Origin: Squalus acanthias
Lineage: Eukaryota
Assembly: GCA_030390025.1 (NCBI GenBank)
Contig: CM059432.1
Location: 121,150,001-121,214,000, forward strand
Direction of reading: 5' to 3'
DNA length: 64,000 nt
Below the pieces are notes generated by a model. It had not been told where the DNA came from, did no database searches, and saw nothing but the letters and a program-made list of their open reading frames with translations. Shown here one piece after another: positions 47,689 to 59,629 of the stretch. How positions within the stretch are numbered: the stretch's first letter is position 1; each line of letters starts with the position of its first letter. The position numbers were made by a program, and so were the translations under genes.

Positions 47689-48821
47689 TGTGGCGGATCA
47701 CCACCTAAACGGGCATTATCCACTTTTCCGTCCGTGGACAAATATCGAGCACCTTGCCTTTAAGGCACCTTGAGGGAAAAATTCAGTTGGTTGCGCCTCC
47801 CGTTAGCGCTTAAGAGGGTGCTAATGGAGCGCAAAGCATCTAGCGCCCAGGCGCGGCGAAGTTTGCGCCGCACGCGAAATTAACTAGACATTTTGCGGCG
47901 GCGCTAAACACTACCGCCACGATCTCCTGCGCCGGCAGATCATGATGTCACTCGAGTGCGCAACGCCCCGGTATCGCCCCGGAGTGGATATTGAGTGGCG
48001 CCCCCTGCCTTACCGCCTGACGCTAGCAACGACAGGTTGAGAGGAGCGTTCTGCAGTCATGAAGGGAAAGGGGGAGTGCTGTTTAAAGGTGACCGCTTCC
48101 TGCCTTTTATTGTTGGTGCCATTTTTGAACTACGCATTCTGAGAGAGAGAGGGAGAGACTTCTGGAGAGATTCAACGTTGTGTGAAGGAGTTTTGGGTAC
48201 TGAGCAGCACTTTGCAGGTTCATTTTGATTTGCCATTCCTTGTATCGATTTAGCAGAGACTGTGGGGGCTGCACTCTGAGCTCTTTGCCTGGTACTCTCC
48301 ATTGTTCTTTCCAGCACATTTGATGTGCAGGTCTCTCCAGACCGAGATTCAAGGCTGCAATGAGCAGGATGTGGATGGAAAGCAAGATTAACCATCCCCT
48401 TTAAGAACTGGCCCGTGCCATTGTGTGTGTTCCATTGCTGACTGACATTACATGAGCTTCGCCAGCGCTCTGAGGTAGCGCCTCGCTCCTCGGCCTTTGC
48501 GCCTTAAGACAGCTGTGAAGCGCCTGATTTAGCGCTGCCAATCACCTCCAGGGGCGTTAAAAGTCAAGTTTGCAGTCGGTGGCGATAATTAGTGCCAGGC
48601 GCTAATCTTTGCACCCGGCCGATAATTGCGCCCCAAATGGGGCGATACTGAATTTCTCCCCCCTCACCTTTAAGGCAGGAATGGGCGGGGCCTCAGGATT
48701 TTTCCAGAGAATTCTGGGAGCAGTCTGTTCAGCCATTTTGTACCATGCAGTTGCATTAAAAAGTCTCTCGTTTTCCACACATGGATTCAGTCTTAATTCG
48801 TGTTTTGCGGCAGCCTCAACA
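47689..48821 (+). repeat. 3' LTR of the CsRN1-like element, interrupted by MITE C
   Basis: Matches the 5' LTR once 47772-48665 is removed. Confidence 0.93.
47772..48662 (+). mobile_element. Harbinger non-autonomous element, family C
   Basis: TIRs GAGGGAAAAATTCAGT / ACTGAATTTCTCCCCC; TSD CTT/CTC; both halves homologous to the ends of 10310-19042. Confidence 0.9.
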
Positions 48822-50974
48822 TACTTACCTTTGTTTCTTCCTGCAGACTTCAGTCGGTGTGTATGTGGAGAATCTCGGACCTCCATGTTGCAGATGACAG
48901 ATGGCCGTTGCATTCTCCAATGCAACAACCATCTCATTTCTGCAAAAGAAAGATGTTTGATGAGGTCTTGAATTCAAGACCTCATCAAACTGCAGAGAAT
49001 GTCAGTGTTTGACAGCTTCACAGATCTGTCAAATGATGACAATTCATCTGTCAAAATTTTTTGACAGATGAAACGTCATATGTTGACGTTCTGTGCAACC
49101 GGCTTTCCCTTAATTGGCCTGCTAAGTCCGCTGGGTGGGCTTAACAAGGTCGATCAAGCGAAAATAGCGTGGGTTGGCCAAAGTTGATGGAGGGGGGACT
49201 GAAACCTGACAAGTGTGAGTCCCGCCTCCAAAAACTCCCCATTGAGAAAATCACCCCCAAGAATTCCAGAAGTGAGGTGAGAGTGACTGCCCTTGACATC
49301 AAGGCAGCATTCAGCCAAATATGGCACCAAGGAGACCTAGTAAAACTGAAGTCAATAGGGATCAGGGGGAAATGTTTCCAATGGCTGGAGTCATAACTGG
49401 TGCAAAGGAAGATGGTTGTGGTTGTTGGAAGCCAATTATCTTAGCCCCAAGACATCGCTGCAGGAGTTCCTCAGAGCAGTGTCCTAGGTCCAATCATCTT
49501 CAGCTGCTTTATCAATGACTTTCCCTCTATCATAAGGTCAGAAGTGGGGCTGTTGATTGATTGAACAGTGTTTGGCTCCACTTGCAATTACTCAGATAAT
49601 GAAGCAGTCCATGTCTGCATGCAGCAGGACCTGAGCAACTTCCAGGCTTAGGCTGGTAAGTGGCAGGTAACATTCGTGCCACACAAATAGAAGACAATCA
49701 CCATCTCCAACAAGAGAGAATCTAACCACTTGCCTTTGACTTTCAACGGCATTACCATCACCAAGTTTCCCGCCATCAACAACCTGGGGTCACCATTGGC
49801 CATAAATTCAGCTGGACCAGCCATATAAATACTGTGGCTACTAGAGCAGGTCAGAGGCTGGTTATTCTGTGGCGAGTGGCTTATCTCCTTACTCCCCAAA
49901 GCTTCTCCATCACCTACAAGGTACAAGTCAGAAGTGTGCTGGAACACTCTCCACTTGCCTGGATTGGTGGAGCTGTAACAACACTCAAGAAGATTGATAC
50001 CATCCAGGACAAAGCAGACCACTTGATCAGCACCTCATCCACTAGCCTAAGCATCAACCCGGCCACCACCAGCGTACCCGTGGCTGCAGTGACGACCATC
50101 TACAGGATGCACTGCAGCAACTTAGCATGGCTTCTTGGGCAGCACCTCCCAAACCCACAACCTCCACCATCCAGAAGGTCAAGGGCAGCAGGTGCCTGGG
50201 AACACCATCAACTCCAAGTTCCCCTCCAAGTTACACACCATCCCGACTTGGAAATATATCGCCGTTCCTTCATTGTCGCTGGGTCAAAATCCTGGCTCTC
50301 CCTACCTAACAGCACTGTGAGAGCACCATCACCACATGGTCTGCTGCAGTTCAAGAAGAAGGCTCACCACCACCTTCTCAAGGAAACTAGGAATGGACAA
50401 TGTCAGCCTTGCCAGCGAAGCCCACATTCCAAGAATTAAAAAAAACTATTGAGTATACAATACTCATTTAATTATTTTTTAAAGTCACTGATTATTTCTT
50501 GCGGCTACTACAGTATCATTATCAGTCCATATATCTTTTCAGTCAGAACCTCCACCAAATGATGGCTTTTTGATACCATCCTGTTTGTTGCTTTAGATTT
50601 TGCACTTGTTTTAATTACAGGTTGAAACCTTTAATGTCACATTGATTATTCGATACAACCACTTTACATGAAGTTACATGTGGAATTTGACATGTCTTTA
50701 TAAATTCACGTGGTAGATTTAAGTGTGATTTTCCTCTGATTTTTCTGTGGGTTTTTCTATCTACTAATTCACTCTGAACATTTTCCATTTTTGTTTTTTT
50801 GGGTTTATTTTGCGCTACCAAGCTGAGGAGTTTCAGTGATTAGGCCGTGCAACATATTTTTTACATTTGCCACCCATTATCAACATCAACCATTCAAAGC
50901 ATGAGGCAACCCTCCTCTCTCAACAATGTGCCTTTCCCTTTACCTTCCTGTATTACAACAGAGCACAGGGGTGC

Positions 50975-51228
50975 TGGGTGAACGGGACTTGGTGCGAGTT
51001 AGGATATGGACAGCAGAGTTTTGGATGAGCTTAAGTTTATGGAGGGTGGAAGATGGGAAGCCAGCCAGGAATGCATTGGAATAGTCAAGTCTGGAGGTAA
51101 CAAAGGCATGGATGTGGGTTTCAGCAGCAGATGAGCCGGGGCAGTGGCTGAGTCGGGCAATGTTACGAAGGTGGAATTAGGCGGTCTTAGTGATGGCACG
51201 GATATGTGGTCGGAAGATTATCTCGGGT
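50975..51228 (-). mobile_element. L2-clade LINE fragment
   Basis: Reverse complement matches ~35540-35725 (FHLRNIARL, HAFVTSRLDYSN). Confidence 0.8.
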
Positions 51229-51378
51229 AGGTCATAACCCCTAATTTCTAACCTATAACATGTGTAATACAATTTACCTACAACTTTACAAAATTTACTT
51301 AAAATCCATGTAAACTTTATTTCCTTCCCAAAAGGTTATTCCTTGTTACTTACATTAATTTTTTCTACCGAGCACTAT

Positions 51379-52357
51379 GGGGGAAAAATTAGGTCGCGCC
51401 CCATTTGGGGCGCAAATATCGTCTGGACGCAAATATTAGCGCCTGGCGCTAATTATCGCCACTGACTGGAAACTTCACTTTTACCGCCCCGGGAGGTGAG
51501 TGGAGCGCTAAATCAGGCGCTGCACACCTGTCTTAAGGCGCAAAGGCCAAGGAGTGAGGCGCTAACTCAGAGCGCTGGCGAAGCTCATGTAATGTCAGTC
51601 AGCAATGGAACACACACACAATGGCACAGGCCAGTTCTTAAAGGGGATGGTTAATCTTGCTTTCCATCCACATCCTGTTCATTGCAGCCTTGAATCTCGG
51701 CCTGGAGAGACTTGCACATCAAATGTGCTGGAAAGAACAATGGAGAGTACCAGGCAAAGAGCTCAGAGTGCAGCTCCCACAGTCTCTGCTAAATCGATAC
51801 AAAAATGAGAAGTCGCACAACACCAGGTTATAGTCCAACAGATTTATTTAATTTTACAAGCTTTCGGAGCTGTCGCTCCTTCGATACAAGGAATGGCAAA
51901 TCAAAATGAACCTGCAAAGTGCTGCTCAGTACCCAAAACTCCTTCACACACGTTGAATCTCTCCAGAAGTCTCTCCCTCTCTCTCTCAGAATGCGTAGTT
52001 CAAAAATGGCACCAACAATAAAAGGCAGGAAGCGGTCACCTTTAAATAGCGCTCCCCCTTTCCCTTCATGACTGCAGAACGCTCCCCTCAACCTGTCGTT
52101 GCTAGCGTCAGGCGGTAAGGCAGGGGGCACCACTCAATTTCCGCTCCGGGGCGCCACAATGGCGTTGCACCATGGAATGACGTCACAATCTGCGCGCGCA
52201 GGTGGTCGCAGCGGTAAAGTTTAGCGCCGCCGCACAATGTCTAGTTAAGTTCCCGAGCGGCGCAAACATCGCTGTGCCCGGGCGTTAGCGGCTTTGCGCC
52301 CCATTAGCGCCCTCTTAAGGCGCTAACGGGAGGTGCAACCAACTGAATTTTTACCCC
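51379..52357 (-). mobile_element. Harbinger non-autonomous element, family C, inverted relative to 47772
   Basis: TIRs GGGGGAAAAATT / AATTTTTACCCC; TSD TAT/TAT. Confidence 0.9.
51803..51880 (-). mobile_element. Penelope-like terminal fragment nested in MITE C
   Basis: 9-bp TSD TCGATACAA; absent from the 47772 copy; matches ~37068-37146. Confidence 0.75.
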
Positions 52358-53793
52358 TATGAGTTGCAGTATTTGCTAAATTTAAAGGGCCTGGATTCTC
52401 TGAATTACTACTTGTTTTGGGGTGGGGTTGAGGCAGTAAAAAGAGTATAATGCATTCTAACAGGTTGCTACCTCAAATCCTGTGCCACATAAAGAATACA
52501 CCTGTATTCACCTCCCAGAAAACCATCAGTCCCCTTTAAGGCCTGTGAGAAGCCCAATCTGTCACATTTAATTGGTGTGGGGTCATGACATCTTATCCCC
52601 ATTACTCTCCATTTCTGTCGCAAAGGTGCCTCAAATAATTACCACTACTATATGAGTGGCAGTAAGAGCTGCTGTAAGTTATCCCTCAGGCAGATACTGA
52701 ATTGAGGAAGCCACTTTGTGTGATGCTACAGAAGGTTTGTGTTTCTTTGCCTGAATAGCAATCGTTTTACTACCTTGAGGGATGAGTCAGCACTTTTCCT
52801 GCTACTTTTACTCACCTCTGCTCAAAGTACCACTTTGCATGCTAAACATGGATTTCTCAGTGGGAATACATTTATTTTGATGATATGAAGAGGAGGATGA
52901 TGCTAGTTTGGAGGTTCTTGGAGTCTGGCATCTACGAAGGTACCTCTTCCCTACATGTAGGTACTCACTCACCAGGGGTTATAGACTGAGAGGGTTTTAC
53001 TTAGCCTTTGCCACAACAGGAGGATGGTGCACAAGAAAGAGAGGAAGTTGACTGGGAGAGTCAGCAGCCAGCTCTGCCAGTTAAGTTATTTACTCCTGTA
53101 CCTAATCTACTAATTCTACAAAGTGCTCCCAGATTCAGATGAAGTTGAGCGGTGGGTGGCTGAGATGATTCACATGGAGCCATAGAGCACTGAGATGACA
53201 CTCATTTCAGGGTAGCTGCTATCCAAGAGAGGCCAGCTTCTGACAGCCTTGTGTGCCAGGCCCACCTTTGAAGCTCCCTCAGGTGAAGGATTTAGAGGAG
53301 ACTGTAAGGAATGTGCTTCATTGCCACTCTCCAGAAAGACAGCGACAACTATGCCCACTCCTTGCAGTCCACTGGTGCTGAGGTGCTACTGGTTGGTTTC
53401 ATCACAAACCAAGTTGCCCCATCAATCCTGGAAGCCTTGAGCAAGTGAGGAATTCAGGCTGAATCTCAAAGCATCTATCAAAGCATTGGTAGCTGCCAGT
53501 CTGGAAGCTGCCAATGTCCTTAGAAGCTCTTCTTGATGCTGCAGAGGCATCATAGTCTCCAATCTGTTCAGCAAGTCTTAAGAAACTTCATGCAATGTGT
53601 TGCAGATAAGGGTAATGGTCCTCTCTCACTTACTCATTATCTCAACCATATGTGTGGAAACCATCCCCACTACCTCCGCATGAGTTCAATGCTCCCGAAT
53701 CACAGTTCTTTTGAAGACTAGGCCCTGAGATCTGGGTCTCTAGGCTCCAGAGCCTTGGCTCTAGGATGCCAATGGCATTCCATTTCTCACCCT

Positions 53794-55504
53794 TGTAAAG
53801 TTTCGCAATTATCGCAATTCGAAATAACGAGTTAGAAGCAGATTCGTTTGATCAGTTTATTTAAACGAAATGCTGTCATGATATAAAAGGATACAGAAGC
53901 CTGTAAAATGGCCACCGCGCATCGTGGCAGAAGCTTCCAGAAGTACAGTGGGCAGACAAGATGGCGTTTCGAATAAACATTTTCAATATAAGACGGGATC
54001 ATACTCGATAAGCACTGATAAAGACAGGATGCAACCTGTTTGCATTTGTGACAATAGCAAAAGATATGAGTGCTGGAATCGTTTTCCATGCACAAGTAAG
54101 GACCATTGTACTGGGCAATCGAAGGCCCATCCAGACACATCAATACACAAATACCCCCACGGCTCTACAATGAGAGAGCCATTCTCGGGTGATTAAACAA
54201 GTATTCGGGGGCCCCCAAAACCAGTCAGGGAGACGATTCATACGATCCTGGCTGGGCCAACAATGGGGAAACCATTAATGGGTAGTTGGCCAGTCTCAGG
54301 TGCTGCCGAAACCCGTTAAAGACAAGAATCACCCCATGCTGGGAGTTTTGAGCGCCAACATTACACAAAGGAAAAACATTAAGATTTGGGTGGGAGATAA
54401 GGGAACATAGCACTATAACTATAGACAACAAATGTCCATCGCTCTCTTATTCTCTTATCTCGCTGCTAACTGCTGAGGGTTTCACTCTCTTATTCGCTTG
54501 CCGCTCCATGGACTCACTTGACTGGTGAGCTTCTGTGCTTTTCTTGGACTTTGTTGACTCCTAGCCATACTGGTCGGTCATTCGAATGTTGGGTGGAGCT
54601 CAAACGGAACGAGCCGCCTCAACGAGGGCCAGTGACCGGGTGCACCATCCCGAGGGTCGGTAAACGGTGTCTGGACCCAAAGGCCCGAAGAGACGAGACG
54701 AGACGAGAAGAAGAGGAGAAGAATCCACATGCCGCCGCGGTCAGCAAACCCCGACCGCGCCCGAAAATATACGACCCATTTCTTGAACTCTATAGGTTAC
54801 TGCACGAACTGGCCAAAGACTCTTCTTCGAATTCTACCGACAACTGGTGTCGGTACAGGAAGACTTTTCTTTGAGTTCTACAACCGGGCCCGAGTTCTGT
54901 CGAGTTCTTCATGACAACGGGGAGCCCAGCCTGCTTGCCGCAGCAGCGAAGATAAACAAGTGGGGTACAGAGACCCCTCCATACATGTGACAGTCAGGCG
55001 CTGCAGCGAAACGAGCCGAGTGCCTCACTTTAAAATTCTCCGAAGTATCACGAGTGGTGAGTATGTTTCCCGATCCTACAAATCTAGATGTAGTGTAGGT
55101 ATTGATAAGGGAGGGTGGTTTTATTAAGGATAAAGTATAATGTGTTCCCCTTTTTACGATGTGCCGTGCGTTCTTCATTACCATAGACCAAGCTTTATGA
55201 ATGTATGTATACTTGTACTCTCGTTAATTTGCGCCTATGACATGTACTTCATGATTTTGGACGCTATGCAATAAAGATTTCCATTTTGTACTATTCAACC
55301 GGGTCTATTTGAGTTTTTCTCTGCATTACTGCTCTCGCACCTAAGTCCAGTGTTAGAACCGTAAGGGCAAGTGGGTCGAACCACGCACAGGTGCTTATTG
55401 CAACAAGGCTGGCCGGAGACCAGAGCAAGCAATAGCATTAGGCAACGAAGGCCTAACCCCGCACCAGCACCGTCTGCGATACAAGCACGACAAAACCCCT
55501 TACA
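53794..55504 (+). mobile_element. Solo LTR, 1711 bp (ERV or LTR retrotransposon, family unassigned)
   Basis: TGTAA...TTACA ends; 4-bp TSD CCCT (53790-53793, 55505-55508); TATA-like TATAAC at 54414; AATAAA at 55270; no long ORF. Confidence 0.8.
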
Positions 55505-55857
55505 CCCTCCATGGATTGGAAGAATGCACTCTCCCTCTCTTCCAATCCCAGGTCCTCATTCTCACAACTGCTTAATGACTCTCCTGTGACAACCTTTCTG
55601 ACTGTCGAACTATTCCTTGTCAGTGGGCGTCTTTGTGCTGGTGCTTGCGCAGCTAATATCCCAAGACAGACTTGGTGAGGACATGGCAGCAGCTGTGAAT
55701 CTGAAAGTACCTAGGGTGTCATTGGTTTGCCTGGCCTCTTGGAGTCAATGTGAAAGACAAAATAGCTTGTTTTGCTGTGCACATAGGGACATTTCCCCTT
55801 GTAGAAATAGGGGGTGAGTGTAAGGGCATTGCAATACTTTAAGAAAGCACAAGGTGA

Positions 55858-56420
55858 GTGATATTGAGGCTTTGGAAAGGGTGCAGAGGAGGGCAACTAG
55901 ACTAATTCCCAGTTTGAAACATCTTAGTTATCAAGATAGGCTTAAAGAGGTGGGACGCTACAGTTTAGAGAAGCGTAGACTTAGAGGTGATCTGATTGAG
56001 GTTTATAAGATAATGAGGAGAATAGATTGTGTTACAGCTGACAGTTCATTCCAATTAAATAGATTAGGGAGGACCAGGGGTCACAAATTTAAGTTGTATA
56101 AGGCCATATCTAGGTTAGATGTCAGGAGATGGTTCTTTTCCCAGAGAATAGTGGACCTCTGGAACAGGCTGCTGTTTTGTGCGGTGGATGCTGATTCGCT
56201 GAATTCCTTCAAGCGAGAGCTGGACCTGTTTCTGGCTGGGGTGGAGATCACCTCTTACAGAAAGTAGGTATTGCAGGAAATTCAGGGCCAGAGTGATCTC
56301 CTGGACTAGTTTCGATCGCCTAGATGGGTCGGAGAGGAATTTCCCAGATTTTTTTCCCCCAAATTGTCCTGGGTTTTTTAATCTGTTTTTATGCCTCACC
56401 CAGGAGATCATCCAGGGTTT
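55858..56420 (+). mobile_element. CR1 3' fragment with a different 3' UTR
   Basis: DIEALERVQRRATRLIP...RRLRGDLIEVYKIM...TRGHKFKL...FFSQRIVDLWN. Confidence 0.88.
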
Positions 56421-57031
56421 CAGGTGGGGTAATGTGAAAAAACGTGCATGCGTGGTACTTTGAATGGGTCGTGCAACCCCTTAAAGGGGCCGCGCACCCC
56501 AAAAAAGGTAAGAGGGAACATTGATGGTGAGCTTTGTATAGCCTTTACCAACCTTCTCTTCCCAATTCACCTCCAACCTTGCCCTCTTCTACATGCTCTC
56601 CTGTACATCTGCCTATTAAGTCTAAAGCCGCTTCTTCTTCTGGACGCATAGTGGGTGAAGTTGGTCTTCGGCAGTAGGACAAAATACACTCATAGCGAAT
56701 TAGCAGCCCGTTTTACAATGAAGTCAAATGAATTAGAAAAAAAGTATTGGTTGGGTTTAAAATTGTAGGAGGAAAGGGAGACTGGGGGTAATAAATAGTT
56801 CTGCCATTTTGAGGTACTGGGAAATGAGTTAGAATAGGGGACAGTGCAATGAGTTCTGATTTCAACACAGTGAGAATACGGAGGGGAGCCTTGGCTGGAT
56901 TCAGTTACAAGTATAATGCAATAACCTTCTATCTCATTCTGTCCTAATTTTTAAGAATGTTCTACTTCTTATTCGGAAAATGTCAAACAAGCCATGAACC
57001 TCTCCATACCATTTTGAAATAATAGACTCAC

Positions 57032-57180
57032 GATCAGTGGAGAGTATGTGCAAGTATGAACTTAGATCAGTAATTGGGCTCATGGGATGCACAGTGCCGT
57101 TGAAATGGACCTTGTTAAAACAATGGACAATAATTTGCTGCTCCACAGGAATTACATGCAGGAAGTATTCCAGTGCTGCA
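57032..57180 (-). other. Candidate host exon (149 bp), gene unidentified
   Basis: T-rich acceptor ...TTCACTGTTTCAG, donor GTGAGT; one open frame AALEYFLHVIPVEQQIIVHCFNKVHFNGTVHPMSPITDLSSYLHILSTD; non-repetitive AT-rich flanks. Confidence 0.45.
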
Positions 57181-57900
57181 CTGAAACAGTGAATAATTTA
57201 TTGTTTAAAATCTTCTTTACAAATAGATACACAGCAACCAATAAATTCACAATAGTTTTGGGCACTGTTGCATTAATAAGGCATTACCTCTATTTAATAT
57301 TTTGCAGCACTTCCAATTTGCTGTAATGTGTATTGTGCATTGTGTAGGATAGGTACTTATGTAAATATGAGGACCAGCTTTACTTCTAAAATTATAAACT
57401 TTACAGGAATTAAATCTGAAATGTCAGTCATTTTTTTTGTAAGGTCTCTGATTGCAAAGAATTAAAAGTTTACACAAATGGAAAGAAATCCATAATTTAG
57501 CGAAGAGAAAGGAAGAAATAAAGAATAGGGAACAGGGCTATAAACAAAATGTATTCAATGGAAGAATGAGATAAAGTGCGTTGCAGAAAAATAGCCAATG
57601 CTAGGACATTAATTCATAATAAATGTGTGACAACCGGAGTGCATTCCCACTCCATCTATGCTTTATTATCTAATATCAGTAGATCTCCTGTGGTGTTGCT
57701 CATAGATAAAAGTTATAATAAATTGAGTACATAAATAAATAGTGCACTCCTCATATAATGTAAGTAGATAGATTTTAAACATTGATTTATTCCTACCCAG
57801 TGCACTTATGGTGCTAAATATATTTGCGCACTTCACATACTGCAGTTGCATAATAAATGAATAAATAAAGGTCCATTATATAAAGAAATCAATCCAACAT

Positions 57901-58800
57901 ATCATAGAATTATACAGCACAGAAGGAGAACATTTGGCCCATCGTGCCTGTGCCGGCTCTTTGAAAGAACTATCCTTTTAGTCCCACTCCCCTGCTCTTT
58001 CCCCATAGTTCTGCAATTTTTTCCAGTTCAAGTCTATATCCAATTCCATTTTGAAAGTTACAATTGAATCTTCTTCCACCGCCCTTTCAGGTAGTGCCTT
58101 CCGGACCATAACAACTCACTGTGTAAAATGAATTTTCTTCGTCTCCCCTCGGTTTATTTTGCCAATCACCTTAAATCTGTGTCCTCTGGTTACCGAGTCC
58201 CCTGCCAGTGAAAACAGTTTCTCCTTGTTTACTCAATCAAGAACCCTCATAATTTTGAAGACTTCTATTAAACCATCTCCAAGGCCTTGACATCCCTCCT
58301 AAAGTGTGGTGCCCAGAATTGAACACAATACTCCAGCTGAGGCCTAACCAGTGTTTTATAATGGTTTAGCAGAAATTCCTTGCTTTTGTACTCTATGCCT
58401 CTATTTCTAAATGTGAGAAGTCGCACAACACCAGGTTATAGTCCAACAGCTTTATTTGAAATCACCTATTTGAAATCATCTATTTCTAAAGCCCAGAATC
58501 CCGTATGCTTTTTTAACAGCATTGTCAACTTGTCCTGCCACCTTCAAACACAAGTACGTATACTCCCAGGTCTCTCAGTTCCTGTACCCCTTTTAAAATT
58601 GTACTATTTAGTTTACATTGCCTCTTCTCATTTTTCATCCCAAACTGCATCACTTCATACTTCTCTGCATTAAATGTAATCTGCCATGTGTCTGCTCATT
58701 TCACCAGTCTTTTTGTGTCCTCCTGAATTCTGTTACTAAATTCCTCACTGGTTACTACATTTCCAAGTTTTGTGTCAGCTCTAAACTCTGAAATGTTGCT
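57901..58800 (-). mobile_element. Decayed CR1 3' fragment
   Basis: Minus strand FRADTKLG, LVRPQLEYCVQFWAPH, TRGHRFKV; CR1-type 3' UTR. Confidence 0.8.
58412..58478 (-). mobile_element. Penelope-like terminal fragment nested in CR1
   Basis: 12-bp TSD TCTATTTCTAAA; matches ~37070-37123. Confidence 0.7.
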
Positions 58801-59146
58801 GTCCTTCCTATCTGTGTAACCTCTTCCAGTCCTGAAAGCCTCCTCTGCAGAACTCTTCTTTCCTCTAACTCTGGCCTTTTGTACATTTCCCCCTTGTCCT
58901 GGCATTGAAGACCACACCTTTAGCTACGTAGGCACCAGGCTCTGGAATTCCCTCCCTAAAGCATTCCGCCACTCCACCTCCCTCTCCTCCTTAAAATCCC
59001 CTTCACTGACCAAGCTTTTTGGTCACTCCTCCTAATATCTCCCTCTTTGCCTCAGCGTCCAATTTGATTTGTGGATTATGCTTCTGTGAAAAATTTTGGA
59101 ATATGTTTCTAAGTTCAAGGCGCTATATAAATGTAAGTTGTTGCTG
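58801..59146 (+). mobile_element. L2-clade LINE 3' end
   Basis: CTCTGGAATTCCCTCCCT (LWNSLP) and tail AAGGCGCTATATAAATGTAAGTTGTTG. Confidence 0.7.
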
Positions 59147-59629
59147 ACATGCCAAGTAGTTTGTGCTTAGGTTGTATTATGCAATTCCTGGGATTCCTGC
59201 TGGGGAAAGAAATACAAGAACACCTGCCTTGCTTCCTCCACAGGAATTCTCTTTTATCTCCAAATCAAGGAGTTCCCTTGCTCGGCACTGTAGCTTTAGT
59301 TGGAGGTCTCAGCAAGATGGCAAGTGGCAGAAAAGAAATGCTTTCACTACAAAGCACAAAGTTCAGTTTGACGAGTCAAAAACAACCATCAAAATACAAG
59401 TCTCAGAAACATGGCAACCTAGCTTGAAGTGGTGAAGTGCTGCACTGAATTGTCTTGAATGATTGCTCAGCGAATCAGGACCTCTGTTGCAGATGACCAG
59501 TTGGAATTCATCGTGGGACCAATTTGCATTGATTTAAATAATTTTATTGATTGTAATGAGGCCACCGCATGCACGCAACACTGTCTCAAAAAAATTGGGA
59601 CTTCCGTATCGAGTGCTCAATCCTTGCGC

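Larger units (their letters stand above)
43584..48821 (+). mobile_element. Full-length Ty3/Gypsy LTR retrotransposon, CsRN1-like
   Basis: TGT...ACA LTRs of 239 bp; 4-bp TSD TACT (43580-43583, 48822-48825); tRNA-Trp PBS; PPT GGGGGGAG 47678-47685; CxxHx9Cx3C-type Gag motif. Confidence 0.95.
43184..49258. mobile_element. Harbinger-type MITE family D, host of the CsRN1-like Gypsy
   Basis: TIRs GGGGGCGATTTT / AAAATCACCCCC exactly at the LINE breakpoints; TSD not resolved. Confidence 0.75.
42811..50445 (+). mobile_element. Older copy of the tRNA-headed LINE family, split into 42811-43180 and 49261-50445
   Basis: Breaks after DLITALAQTWT and resumes at NSRSEVRVTALDIKAAF; these are contiguous in other copies (QTWTKELNSRGEVR). 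Confidence 0.88.

Noticed and set aside
44120..47704. Many antisense and alternate-frame ORFs over pol
   Set aside because: Expected shadow ORFs in GC-rich coding sequence; no recognisable domains
43600..48971. Duplicated small ORFs (43600-43863 with 48602-48937; 43649-43942 with 48609-48971)
   Set aside because: Translations of the two LTR copies, not genes
54518..54874. Accessory-gene ORF inside the long LTR
   Set aside because: Non-ATG start, includes a simple repeat, no recognisable motif; cannot be supported without other copies
59317..59530. Host exon or pogo/Tigger transposase remnant
   Set aside because: Only faint motif resemblance (MASGRK, RIRTS) across frames; no TIRs or convincing donor found
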